Shown here: piece by piece, positions 52,742 to 61,456 of the stretch
Layout: the number at the start of each line of letters is the position of its first letter
How positions within the stretch are numbered: the stretch's first letter is position 1
Notes under the pieces: model-generated
Databases searched by the model: none
Seen by the model: only the letters and a program-made list of their open reading frames with translations
Told to the model about the DNA's origin: nothing
Position numbers and translations under genes: made by a program
Assembly: GCA_963751455.1 (NCBI GenBank)
Contig: CAVVUN010000002.1
Coordinates: forward strand, 64,001 to 128,000
Length of the DNA: 64,000 bases
Direction of reading: 5' to 3'
From: Nitrospirota bacterium
GTDB taxonomy: Bacteria; Nitrospirota; UBA9217

Positions 52742-52786
52742 AATAAGCAGCTAAAAACTTCTCCTGAAAGGAATGGACAGTTAGGA

Positions 52787-53038
52787 ATGAAACTTCACGA
52801 CCCGATAAACATCATGCTTGACTGCTGCATCCCGGACAAAAAGAGACTAATGCTCGAGTTGAGCAAATTATCTCCTGGTGAAACGCTCAAAATCGAGGTA
52901 GATAACTGCGTCATGTCCAAGGCAATGGTAGAGGATTTCGTAAAAAACAAATGGTACAGCATTGTTCAGACCGTTGAGCGGGATGATTTCACCGTTTTGC
53001 ACATACAAGCCAAGACTATAGACACGAGCACAGTTTGA
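52787..53038 (+). CDS. TusA/SirA-like sulfur carrier (atypical CCIP motif)
   Basis: 83 aa; DCCIP..L.KL.PGETLKIEVD..; TusA-like spacing and C-terminal strand. Confidence 0.7.
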   Translation: MKLHDPINIMLDCCIPDKKRLMLELSKLSPGETLKIEVDNCVMSKAMVEDFVKNKWYSIVQTVERDDFTVLHIQAKTIDTSTV

Positions 53039-53063
53039 AATCCGGGCAATTCAAGGGGCGACC

Positions 53064-53405
53064 ATGATTCCCATAGAAAAAAGAATCGAACTGTTGAAGA
53101 TAATAGCACACCCTGTGCGGGTAAAAATTCTCGAAGACCTGACGAAGAGCGTGAAGTGCGTAAGCGATTTCGAGGAGTCGCTCGACATCAGCCAGCCGAA
53201 TGTGTCCCAGCACCTTTCACTGCTTCGCTCTCACGGCGTCATAGATTTTTATATTGACGGAAGGCTGAAGTGCTATTTCCTCAGGGAGCCGCTCATTCCC
53301 GATCTGCTCGAACTATTGAAGAAAGAATATGAAGAAGATGTTCCGGCGCCGGCATGCTGCCCGGTGACAAAAAAGGGAACTTATCCAGGCGAAAGGAGAC
53401 ATTAA
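53064..53405 (+). CDS. ArsR/SmtB regulator with Cys-rich tail (TsoR-like)
   Basis: AHPVRVKIL, KCVSD, SQPNVSQHL..LR; tail PACCPVTK. Confidence 0.9.
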   Translation: MIPIEKRIELLKIIAHPVRVKILEDLTKSVKCVSDFEESLDISQPNVSQHLSLLRSHGVIDFYIDGRLKCYFLREPLIPDLLELLKKEYEEDVPAPACCPVTKKGTYPGERRH

Positions 53406-53410
53406 GAAGG

Positions 53411-53695
53411 ATGAAGAAACACATGATCACACTCTATGTTAACGACCCTATGGGGAAACGCTGATTATCCAATACGGAAGCCGCCGGTCGGGCGGAAACG
53501 GAATTCGGCGCACAAATCGTAGTGATCAAGAAGACATCGAATGAGTACAGCCAAGAGAAAGACCCGCCTCCGTGCCCGTCAGTAATGGTGAACGGCAGGT
53601 TCATCGCCAGGAACGACACTATCAAGTATCAGGCGCTCAAGACGGCGCTCCTGAGCGACAGCGACATAGAGGAGACGGCGTCATTATCGCCGTAA
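53411..53695 (+). CDS. Thioredoxin-like selenoprotein with NDPMGKRU (NEPxGxxU-type) motif, 94 aa (absent from ORF track)
   Basis: TGA 53462-53464 after YVNDPMGKR; frame continues to PPCPSVMVNG and TAA 53693-53695; fills the gap between ArsR and DsrE. Confidence 0.82.
53481..53495 (+). promoter_or_regulatory. Bacterial SECIS-like hairpin
   Basis: CCGCC-[GGTCG]-GGCGG; loop starts 21 nt after the TGA. Confidence 0.72.
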
Positions 53696-53776
53696 CCGGT
53701 CTAAAGATGTGGTCCCAAATCGTAAGTCAGTAGCATGTATTAATTGCAGTTAAGGAAGTCACGAAAGGAGGCTGAA

Positions 53777-54133
53777 ATGTCGAAAACCGTTACTCTGTAT
53801 TTATCAACATCGCCGTATTCCTACGAGAACACCTTAACAAGTGCCCGCATTGCTGAATCGGCCTTGAACAAGGGCCATACCGTCAATCTCATTGCGTCGG
53901 CTGACGGTATCTATTGTTTCCTGACAAAACAGAAGGCGAAGGGCATACTGAATGCCGAGGAGGAATTTTCCCGGCTTATTCAAAAGGGGCTGAAGGTGTA
54001 CCTTTGAGGCGGGTGTCTCAACTTTCGCCGTGCGGCGAAAGACGATTACCTTGCAGGTTCTGAGGTCGGCTCCCTCAAGGGTTTGTTTGCAACCATGGGC
54101 GAGAGCGACGTCTGGATCAACGTCGGAGCATGA
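53777..54133 (+). CDS. dsrE: DsrE/TusD-family selenoprotein (U77-G-G-C80), 118 aa
   Basis: RBS aggagg; SPYS, ADGIY; VYL-U-GGCLNFR with TGA 54005-54007. Read-through gives the DsrE C-terminus GSLKGL..ESD.WINVG. Confidence 0.88.
54022..54041 (+). promoter_or_regulatory. Bacterial SECIS-like hairpin
   Basis: Perfect 8-bp stem CTTTCGCC-[GTGC]-GGCGAAAG; loop starts 22 nt after the TGA. Confidence 0.78.
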
Positions 54134-54175
54134 TTCAAAATGCGGATTGCGGAATTAAAACACAAGGAGGATGAG

Positions 54176-54529
54176 ATGGCTGCCATAGCAATGATTCTGA
54201 AGCGGTCGCCTTATGGCGACATCAACGCGGCCGAGGCCGTGCGGCACGCTCTCGGAGCCGTGTCAGGCGAATTGAGCGTGGACCTGATCCTGATGGACGG
54301 CGGAGTACTGCTTGCGAAGAAAGGACAGGACGACACCGGAACCGGCTTCACCAATCTCGAAGGCGCTCTCAAGGACTGCATCGACATGGGTGTAAGTGTG
54401 TATGCGGATGACTACTCCTTGAAGACCCAACGCGTAGGGCTGAGCGATGTGGTAGAGGGCGTAAAACCAGTCAGCGCCAAAAATATTGCGCAACTGGTGA
54501 ATGAGGCAAAATCGACGATGATATTTTGA
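54176..54529 (+). CDS. dsrF: DsrF/TusC-like protein
   Basis: RSPYG..AEA.R, DGGVLL..KGQ, SL..R; directly follows dsrE. Confidence 0.8.
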   Translation: MAAIAMILKRSPYGDINAAEAVRHALGAVSGELSVDLILMDGGVLLAKKGQDDTGTGFTNLEGALKDCIDMGVSVYADDYSLKTQRVGLSDVVEGVKPVSAKNIAQLVNEAKSTMIF

Positions 54530-54541
54530 GAGGAGGCTGCT

Positions 54542-54823
54542 ATGCTCGTGATGATTAAAAGTGCACCCGACACGACGGATGGGGCGCTCGGCTTGACCCT
54601 TGCGAAGGAAGGCAGTGCTGATCTTGTCCTGCTGCAGAACGGAGTCTACTTTGCGCAAAAGGAACGACTCGGCGCTTTTTCCGGTGCGGTGTACGTCCTG
54701 GGTGACGACAAGAGGCTCCGAGGTCTCAAGGATTCAGAAATGGATGATCGCGCGAAGACCATTGACTACGACAAGCTGACGGACATTATTACCGGAGGAG
54801 AAAAGGTTGTGGGAATGTTTTAA
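54542..54823 (+). CDS. dsrH: DsrH/TusB-like protein
   Basis: LLQNGVY, VL.DD..LRGL and IDYD motifs. Confidence 0.85.
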   Translation: MLVMIKSAPDTTDGALGLTLAKEGSADLVLLQNGVYFAQKERLGAFSGAVYVLGDDKRLRGLKDSEMDDRAKTIDYDKLTDIITGGEKVVGMF

Positions 54824-54900
54824 AACAGTTAAGGCTAAGGTTAAGTTAAAAAACTCAACCTCAGTCTCGGCCTAAAACCGTTACACAAGGGGAGGATACT

Positions 54901-56091
54901 ATGGCAAGGATCGTTGTTTTAGGGGGATCGTTCGGGGGATTGACAGCGGCCTTTGAGCTGAAGCGGCTGCTCGGGAAGAAAGCGGATGTAACCGTAGTGA
55001 GCGACGATGACCGGTTCGTGTTCCTGCCGTCGCTGCCGTGGCTTATTATGGGGTGGAGAAGGCCGAAGGACATCACGCTCAAGGTCGGCGATATTTTGAA
55101 ACCGAAGGGGATCGCTTTCGTCCATGAAGCCGCGAAGCAGGTTGACGCCGACGCATCGAAGGTAATCACTTCTCAAGGCAAGGAGCTGCCTTACGATTTT
55201 CTCGTCATATCGACAGGTCCGCATCTCTCCTTCGATGAAATTCCGGGACTGGGCCCGGACAAAGGGCATACGGACTGTACCTTTACACTCGACCATGCGG
55301 TAAAGACGGGTGAAACATGGAAAAAAATTCTTGAGAACCCTGGTCCGATCGTCGTCGGATCATCGCAGATGGTGAGCTGCTTCGGCCCATCCTATGAACT
55401 TGCCTTTGAAATGGATGCCGAGCTTCGGCGTCGCAAGATGCGCCACAAGGTCCCCATCATCTATCTCACGTCGGAGCCTTACCTCGGCCATATGGGCGTC
55501 GGCGGTCTCGGCAAATCAAAAACGTTCATGGAAAACGAGTTTGCCGAACGTGATATCAAGCCGTTTATTAACCAGGCAATTCAGGAAGTGGCGCCCGGAG
55601 AGATACGGCTCAAGGACGGAAACAAAATTCCCTTCAAGCTCGCGATGATTGCCCCGCCGTTCAAGGGCGTGCCCGCCGTCATGCCGCTCGGAAATCCGCG
55701 CGGGTTCATCCCGGTTGATAAAAACTACCGTCACATGAAACACAAGAATATTTTTGCCATAGGCGTTGCAATGGCCATTGCACCGCCGGAAGCTACTCCG
55801 GTGCCGACCGGCGTGCCGAAGACCGGATTCATGACCGTAAAGATGGCAAAGATCGCTGCGGCGACTGTCGCCTCGGATATTACCGGCAAGCCAGCGCCTT
55901 TGGCTGATGAACTCGGCGTGGTCTGTCTCATGGACATGGGAAACACAGCCGCGTTCATGAAAGCGTATCCAGTACTGCCTCCCCGGCAGAGTTCGTATAT
56001 GAAAAAGACGATCTGGGCAAAATGGATGAAGGTCAGGTTCGAGAAATATTTCCTGTGGAAAATGAAGAGGGGGCTTACGAATCTGCCATGA
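54901..56091 (+). CDS. sqr: Sulfide:quinone oxidoreductase
   Basis: GGSFGG FAD fold, SCFGPSYE, VPKTGFM, VCLMDMG and FEKYFLWK. Confidence 0.88.
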   Translation: MARIVVLGGSFGGLTAAFELKRLLGKKADVTVVSDDDRFVFLPSLPWLIMGWRRPKDITLKVGDILKPKGIAFVHEAAKQVDADASKVITSQGKELPYDFLVISTGPHLSFDEIPGLGPDKGHTDCTFTLDHAVKTGETWKKILENPGPIVVGSSQMVSCFGPSYELAFEMDAELRRRKMRHKVPIIYLTSEPYLGHMGVGGLGKSKTFMENEFAERDIKPFINQAIQEVAPGEIRLKDGNKIPFKLAMIAPPFKGVPAVMPLGNPRGFIPVDKNYRHMKHKNIFAIGVAMAIAPPEATPVPTGVPKTGFMTVKMAKIAAATVASDITGKPAPLADELGVVCLMDMGNTAAFMKAYPVLPPRQSSYMKKTIWAKWMKVRFEKYFLWKMKRGLTNLP

Positions 56092-56492
56092 AAAAAGAGC
56101 TATTGAAGCTGCATGCTGATTTTTGCAAGATATTTTCAAATGCCATGCGGCTTGAAATACTCTGCCTGCTAAAGACAGGAGAGCTGACAGTCGGCGAGAT
56201 CACCGGGAAGCTTGAAATTTCAAAGGCGAATACGTCCCAGCATCTGGCCCTCATGCGCATGACGCGTATTCTGACAACGAGAAGAAAAGGCAATAATGTT
56301 TATTATGGAATCGCCAATAAAAAAATCTGCCGGGCATGCAGCCTGATGCAGGAAGGCCTGGAACAGCTTTATGGAGATGATACGACCCCACCCCGCAACT
56401 CCCCCCTTGCCAAGGGGGGATTAAGGGAGGTGTTAAAGGAGGGACAATATGACGAAGATAGTAAAAAATGTATCGATCATGTGCTTCCATGA
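56088..56492 (+). CDS. Second ArsR/SmtB regulator
   Basis: ADFCKIFSN..RLEIL, ANTSQHLA.MR, VYY; C-terminus extended by a palindromic insert. Confidence 0.85.
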   Translation: MKKELLKLHADFCKIFSNAMRLEILCLLKTGELTVGEITGKLEISKANTSQHLALMRMTRILTTRRKGNNVYYGIANKKICRACSLMQEGLEQLYGDDTTPPRNSPLAKGGLREVLKEGQYDEDSKKCIDHVLP

Positions 56493-56871
56493 CGAGCTCT
56501 GCCAGGTTTACAATGCGCTCATGACTGCATTGAGCATCCTCAGGGAAGGCTCAAAAGTCACGATGTTTTTCGGATCTCGCGGAATCAACGCGGTCCACAA
56601 GGATAAGGTGAAGGACCTCAAGTGTCTGCCGGACCAGCCCAAGGAAGAAGGCGATGCAGTGATGAAAAAAATGGAGGAAATGGAACTGCCGACAGTCGAG
56701 GACCTCTTCTTCATGCTAATCGCAGAAGGGGGGGCGGTCCTCGCCTGCCCGCTGAACGTCTCCCTGTTCAATATTACTGCGGGGCAGTTGATCGACGGCG
56801 TCAAGGTGGCGGATCCTGCGAAGTACTATAAAGAAATCATGATTCCTGCGGATATGAACCTGACTTTTTAG
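56449..56871 (+). CDS. DsrE2/DsrE3-like sulfur-binding protein
   Basis: RBS ggagg; VTMFFGSRG and VLACPLN motifs. Confidence 0.78.
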   Translation: MTKIVKNVSIMCFHDELCQVYNALMTALSILREGSKVTMFFGSRGINAVHKDKVKDLKCLPDQPKEEGDAVMKKMEEMELPTVEDLFFMLIAEGGAVLACPLNVSLFNITAGQLIDGVKVADPAKYYKEIMIPADMNLTF

Positions 56872-56876
56872 ATGGG

Positions 56877-56946
56877 CTCTTGCAAAAGTCCACGCGACCC
56901 GGACCTTACTCTTCTGCGGTATGATAAAAAGTGACTTTTGCAAGAG
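56877..56946. mobile_element. 70-bp element with 14-bp perfect terminal IR (IS scar or MITE)
   Basis: CTCTTGCAAAAGTC / GACTTTTGCAAGAG. Confidence 0.6.
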
Positions 56947-56968
56947 ACGCAATATTTTTTTCACCGAT

Positions 56969-56988
56969 ACATGCAAGTATTATTATAT
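56969..56988 (+). promoter_or_regulatory. Putative ArsR operator upstream of the MMPL gene
   Basis: ACATGCAAGTATTATTATAT matches the reverse complement of 52722-52741 at 17 of 20 positions. Confidence 0.6.
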
Positions 56989-57011
56989 TTCTATGTATAG
57001 AGGGGGAGTAC

Positions 57012-60000
57012 ATGCGTAAATTTTCTTTAGTCGAATTTTCAGTCGACCATCCCAAGCTCATTGTCGTCCTGTCGATCATTCTTACCGTCGTCTTCATGAC
57101 CCAGTTCCCAAAAGTGAGGACGGACACGAACCCCAAGAACATGCTGCCGCCTACGTCTGCCGTCCGGGTCGGGAACGATGAAATCGAAAAGACCTTCGGC
57201 CTGTATGAGGACATGATCGTCCTCGGAATCCAGAACGAAAAGGGCATCCTGAATACGGACACCCTCGGCAAAATTCAGCGGATCACCGATGAGACCCTGA
57301 AGATCAAAGGCGTTGCGGCCCGGGACGTATCGAGCTTCACGACCATTGATAACGTCACAGTTGAGGGTGAGACGTTAATGGTGAGCCCGCTCATGACCGC
57401 GGTGCCGAAGACGGATAAAGAGCTGTCCGTCATGAGGAAGGCCCTCTTCGAGAATCCGCTCTTCATCGACCGCATCATATCGAAAGACGGCAAAACCACG
57501 GCTATCTATGTCCCTCTCGAAAAGGGCTCAAACGGAAAAGAGGTCGCGGACAAAATTCGGGAGCTCGTCAGGAAAGAGAAGGGCGACGAAAAATACTATG
57601 TTGCCGGCGATCCCGTGGCAAGGGACACCTTCGGAGCGGACATGTTCAAGCTCATGGCCGTATTCGCGCCCATAGCCGGGATGGTCATGCTGATCGTTAG
57701 ATTTCTCATGTTCAAGGACCTGTTCCTCTCAATCACGCTGATGATGGACGCCATGATCAGCATCGTATGGAGCATGGGACTCCTGATCGCTCTCGGATTT
57801 CCCATCCACATCATGAGCTCCATGGCCCCCGTGTTCCTGATGGCAATCGCAACGGACAGCATGCACATTTTTAACGAGTTCTACTTCCGGTTCCGTGAGA
57901 AGAAAGACAAGCGGGCTGCGATCATCGCCACCATGCAGGCGGTCAGCCGTCCGGTCCGGAATACCGCCCTTGCAACCGCAGCTGGTTTCGCCGTGCTATT
58001 GTTCATGAACATCATCCCGGTCAAGGTTTTCGGCGGACTTGTCGCGTTCGGGACGATAGCCCTTCGTGTCCTGAGCTTCAGCTTCATTCCCGCGATGTTC
58101 ATGTTCGTGAAGGAGGAAAAGATCGAGAAAATAGCGCGATCAGAGGACGCTGAAGCAGGCGGTTCGGTCTTCCTGAAGAAACTGGCCGGGCTCGGTATCC
58201 GCAAACCCCTGACAACCGTTCTTGTCGGGATCGTGCTGATCGTAGCCGCCATCATCGGCATTTCAAAAACGATCGTAAACAACAATATGGTGGAGTGGTT
58301 CAAAAAGGGCAGCGAAGTGCGAGTCGCCGACACGGTCATGAACAAGGCCCTGGGCGGGACATCTCTGGGCTATATCGTGGCTATCTCCGACAAGGACGAC
58401 TACATTAAAACGCCGGAAGCCATGCGATTTATCGAAGGACTTCAACGCCGCCTGGAGAAACTGCCGGTTGTCGGAAAGACTACTTCGGTTGTTGACTATG
58501 TCAAGAGGATCAACCGAGTGCTCCATAACGACAACCCCAAATTCGACGCAGTCCCCGGGACAAAGGAGATGATCGGCCAGTATCTGTTCCTTTTCTCCAT
58601 GTCGGCGAAGCCGTCCGATCTCGACAACGTCGCTGACTATCCCTTCCGCAAAGCCAATATCTGGGTGCAGCTAAAGACCTGGGATGCAAAGGCCATGGAA
58701 TCGGTAATCGCAGAAGTCAATGCATTCAAAAAGGAGAACCCGACCCCGATGGAATTCAAGCCTGCCGGGATTGCCTACTTCAACCTGGTCTGGAACCATG
58801 AAGTTCTTTGGGACATGGTAAAAGGCCTTGTTTTGGCACTCATTGTCGTATTTGCTATCCTTGCATACGATTTCCGGTCCATCAAATGGGCTGTTATCGG
58901 GTATATCCCGCTCCTGTTCACGATCCTGCTCATTTATGGGGTCATCGGTTATATCGGCAAGGATTTTGACATGCCCATCTCGGTCATGAGCTGCCTCTCC
59001 CTCGGCATGGCCGTGGATTTTGCCATCCACTTTGTGAGCAGGTTCAGGCAGCGACTGAAAGAAATTCAGGGAACGGGCGACGCGAAACAACATATAACAG
59101 ATGCCTTACTCTGGACTGCAGCTCGTCCGGGGAAGGGTATCATGCGGAACGCCATCCTGTTCGCCGCGGCTTTCGCGGTAATGCTCTTTGCTCCGCTGAC
59201 GCCGTATGTCACGGTAGGCGCCTTCATCGTGAGCATGATGATGCTGAGCGCTCTTATGACGATACTCTATTTGCCCGCCCTCATAACATTGCTGCGGGGC
59301 TGGCTCTTCCAGGGAGGTACTGACGTGAAACGTGTTGCTGCAACAGCAATTGTTCTGGCATTTGCGATATTTACATCGGCAGCGGCTGCCGCGGACAGCG
59401 GAACGGATATCATGAAAAAATCCCAGGCTGCTTTTCTTTATTCAGGCAAGGACTTCAAGGCCCGCATTCAGATGAAGCTGATCACTCAGAGCGGGCAGGA
59501 GCGGCTTCGGGAGCTGACGATGCTCAGAAAGAATTTCGGCGAGCCGGGCGGCGAGCAGAAGTACTTCATGTATTTCTTTCTGCCGGCGGATGTCAAGGAC
59601 ATGACCTTCATGGTCCACAAGCACCCCGGCAGGGACGCGGACCGCTGGCTGTTCGTGCCGGCGATCAGCATGGTCAGGCGGATCGCGGCCAGGGACAAGA
59701 GCTCAAGCTTCGTAGGCTCAGATTTTTCCTATGAAGACGTTTCAGGGAGAAATATTGACGACGATACGCACGTCCTGGTGAAGGAAGAAAAGCTCGACAC
59801 CAAAGATTGTTATGTGGTCAAGAGCACGCCCAAAGCTGCAGATGTGGATTACTCGTACAAAATGTCCTGGATCGACAAAGGCACTCATCTGCCGCTCAAG
59901 GAAGAGTACTATGACAGAAAGGGCGATCTTTACAAAGTCTTTACAGCGAATGAGATCAAAACGATAAAGGGATTTCCTACTATTACGAAGCGTACTATGA

Positions 60001-60125
60001 AGAATGCTTTGAGCGGACACCGCACGGATGTTACTTTCCTTAAGGCTGATTATGACCTGGGGATCGACGACAATCTTTTCTCTGAACGTTTTCTGAAACA
60101 GCCTCCCAAGAGGTGGATTGAATGA
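57012..60125 (+). CDS. MMPL/RND-family exporter running in frame into a LolA-like lipoprotein-sorting domain
   Basis: Two MMPL halves (AIATDSMH, LGMAVDFAIH), then a signal-like segment and LolA-like domain (SFVGSDFSYED). Internal GGAGG plus GTG at 59313-59327. Confidence 0.85.
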   Translation: MRKFSLVEFSVDHPKLIVVLSIILTVVFMTQFPKVRTDTNPKNMLPPTSAVRVGNDEIEKTFGLYEDMIVLGIQNEKGILNTDTLGKIQRITDETLKIKGVAARDVSSFTTIDNVTVEGETLMVSPLMTAVPKTDKELSVMRKALFENPLFIDRIISKDGKTTAIYVPLEKGSNGKEVADKIRELVRKEKGDEKYYVAGDPVARDTFGADMFKLMAVFAPIAGMVMLIVRFLMFKDLFLSITLMMDAMISIVWSMGLLIALGFPIHIMSSMAPVFLMAIATDSMHIFNEFYFRFREKKDKRAAIIATMQAVSRPVRNTALATAAGFAVLLFMNIIPVKVFGGLVAFGTIALRVLSFSFIPAMFMFVKEEKIEKIARSEDAEAGGSVFLKKLAGLGIRKPLTTVLVGIVLIVAAIIGISKTIVNNNMVEWFKKGSEVRVADTVMNKALGGTSLGYIVAISDKDDYIKTPEAMRFIEGLQRRLEKLPVVGKTTSVVDYVKRINRVLHNDNPKFDAVPGTKEMIGQYLFLFSMSAKPSDLDNVADYPFRKANIWVQLKTWDAKAMESVIAEVNAFKKENPTPMEFKPAGIAYFNLVWNHEVLWDMVKGLVLALIVVFAILAYDFRSIKWAVIGYIPLLFTILLIYGVIGYIGKDFDMPISVMSCLSLGMAVDFAIHFVSRFRQRLKEIQGTGDAKQHITDALLWTAARPGKGIMRNAILFAAAFAVMLFAPLTPYVTVGAFIVSMMMLSALMTILYLPALITLLRGWLFQGGTDVKRVAATAIVLAFAIFTSAAAAADSGTDIMKKSQAAFLYSGKDFKARIQMKLITQSGQERLRELTMLRKNFGEPGGEQKYFMYFFLPADVKDMTFMVHKHPGRDADRWLFVPAISMVRRIAARDKSSSFVGSDFSYEDVSGRNIDDDTHVLVKEEKLDTKDCYVVKSTPKAADVDYSYKMSWIDKGTHLPLKEEYYDRKGDLYKVFTANEIKTIKGFPTITKRTMKNALSGHRTDVTFLKADYDLGIDDNLFSERFLKQPPKRWIE

Positions 60126-61414
60126 GGAAGTTCAAGACAGTAGGGCACAGATGTCAGATGACAGACTGGATCGGACTGTTTGTTTTTAGTCTGTGCTCTC
60201 TCTTCTGCGTCCTGATTTCTTCATCAGTGTTTGCAGCCGATTTTTCTTTTCACGGTTTCGCGCAGGGCAATTATTCGAGGGATACGGGTGCGGACAATCC
60301 TGACGGCAAGGAATTGAAATGGTCCGAGGAGCGGGTCCAGCTTAAGTTCGAAGCCTCGCAGGACCCGTTCCGGCTGTTTATCAAAGAAGACGTTTTTTAC
60401 GATCATCTCGATAGGGAAGCCCATGCCGAACTGCGCGAGGGTTATGCCGACTATGCCGCCGGGACGTGGGATGCTCGCGCCGGAAGGCAGATTATCACTT
60501 GGGGCCTTGGGGACCTCTTGTTCATCAACGATGTTTTTCCCAAGGACTACGAGGCGTTTTTTTCCGGCAGGCCGCTTGAATACCTCAAGAAGGGCGTTGA
60601 CGCAGTCAAAATCGGGGCCTATCCTGGCTTTGTATCTGCGGAATTTGTCCTGATTCCGATTTTCGAGCCCAACACGTTTCCTGATCCCAACCGCTTCTCA
60701 ATGTTCGATCCCTTGTCAGGCGTTACGAACAGGGCAGAGCAAAAACCGGCTTCGACCGCCGAAAACAGCGAAGTTGCGCTGCGGCTCTATCGCGACGTGA
60801 TGGGGCTCGACGGTTCCCTCTATTTCTATAAAGGATATTTCCGGCAGCCTTCAGTCCTGCCCGATAACCCAATGGCTCCGACAAAGCTCACGTTCTTTTA
60901 CCCGAAACTGAACGTCTATGGCGCAAGCCTGCAGGGAAGGGCCGTGGATGGCGTGGTGAGCCTGGAAGCCGGGTATTATGATTCAAGAGAGGACCAGTCC
61001 GGCAATAATCCCATGATCCCGAATTCCCAGACGCGGTATCTCCTGGGCTATCAAAGGCAGTTCTGGGAGGATTTCACGCTGGGCCTCCAGTACTACGGCG
61101 AGTACATGCAGGATTACGGAGAATACGGACAGAGCCTGCCTGCCGGGTTCCCTATGGACAAGCGCCTGCATCAGCTCGCAACGATCAGACTCATGCAATT
61201 TTTGAGGCACCAGACGTTGAGGCTTTCCTTCTTCGCGTTTTACGGGATTTCCGACAGGGATTACCTGATCAATCCCGAAATAAAATATAACTTCACGGAC
61301 TCTATCTGGTTTGCTCTCGGAGGCAATTTCTTCGGCGGGGAAAAACCCTGGACGCAGTTTGGACAACTGGCGAATAATGACAATGTCTATACTCAGGTAA
61401 GATATGAGTTCTAA
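60122..61414 (+). CDS. Outer-membrane beta-barrel protein (DUF1302-like)
   Basis: Signal peptide; LREGY.D, GRQIITWG.GD, FGQ..NDN.Y..RYEF with terminal Phe. Confidence 0.8.
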   Translation: MRKFKTVGHRCQMTDWIGLFVFSLCSLFCVLISSSVFAADFSFHGFAQGNYSRDTGADNPDGKELKWSEERVQLKFEASQDPFRLFIKEDVFYDHLDREAHAELREGYADYAAGTWDARAGRQIITWGLGDLLFINDVFPKDYEAFFSGRPLEYLKKGVDAVKIGAYPGFVSAEFVLIPIFEPNTFPDPNRFSMFDPLSGVTNRAEQKPASTAENSEVALRLYRDVMGLDGSLYFYKGYFRQPSVLPDNPMAPTKLTFFYPKLNVYGASLQGRAVDGVVSLEAGYYDSREDQSGNNPMIPNSQTRYLLGYQRQFWEDFTLGLQYYGEYMQDYGEYGQSLPAGFPMDKRLHQLATIRLMQFLRHQTLRLSFFAFYGISDRDYLINPEIKYNFTDSIWFALGGNFFGGEKPWTQFGQLANNDNVYTQVRYEF

Positions 61415-61456
61415 AAGTTCAGGATATTTCTCGGTACGGCTTATTTGGGAGCATTC

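Noticed and set aside
54131-54133. Further Sec read-through at other TGA stops (e.g. 54131, 7784, 56089)
   Set aside because: The proteins are complete at these points and are followed by a new RBS, an overlapping start or a terminator.
53777-54823. dsrEFH as proof of reverse-Dsr sulfur oxidation or tRNA thiolation
   Set aside because: No dsrAB, dsrC/tusE or mnmA in the window; the pathway cannot be assigned from this sequence alone.
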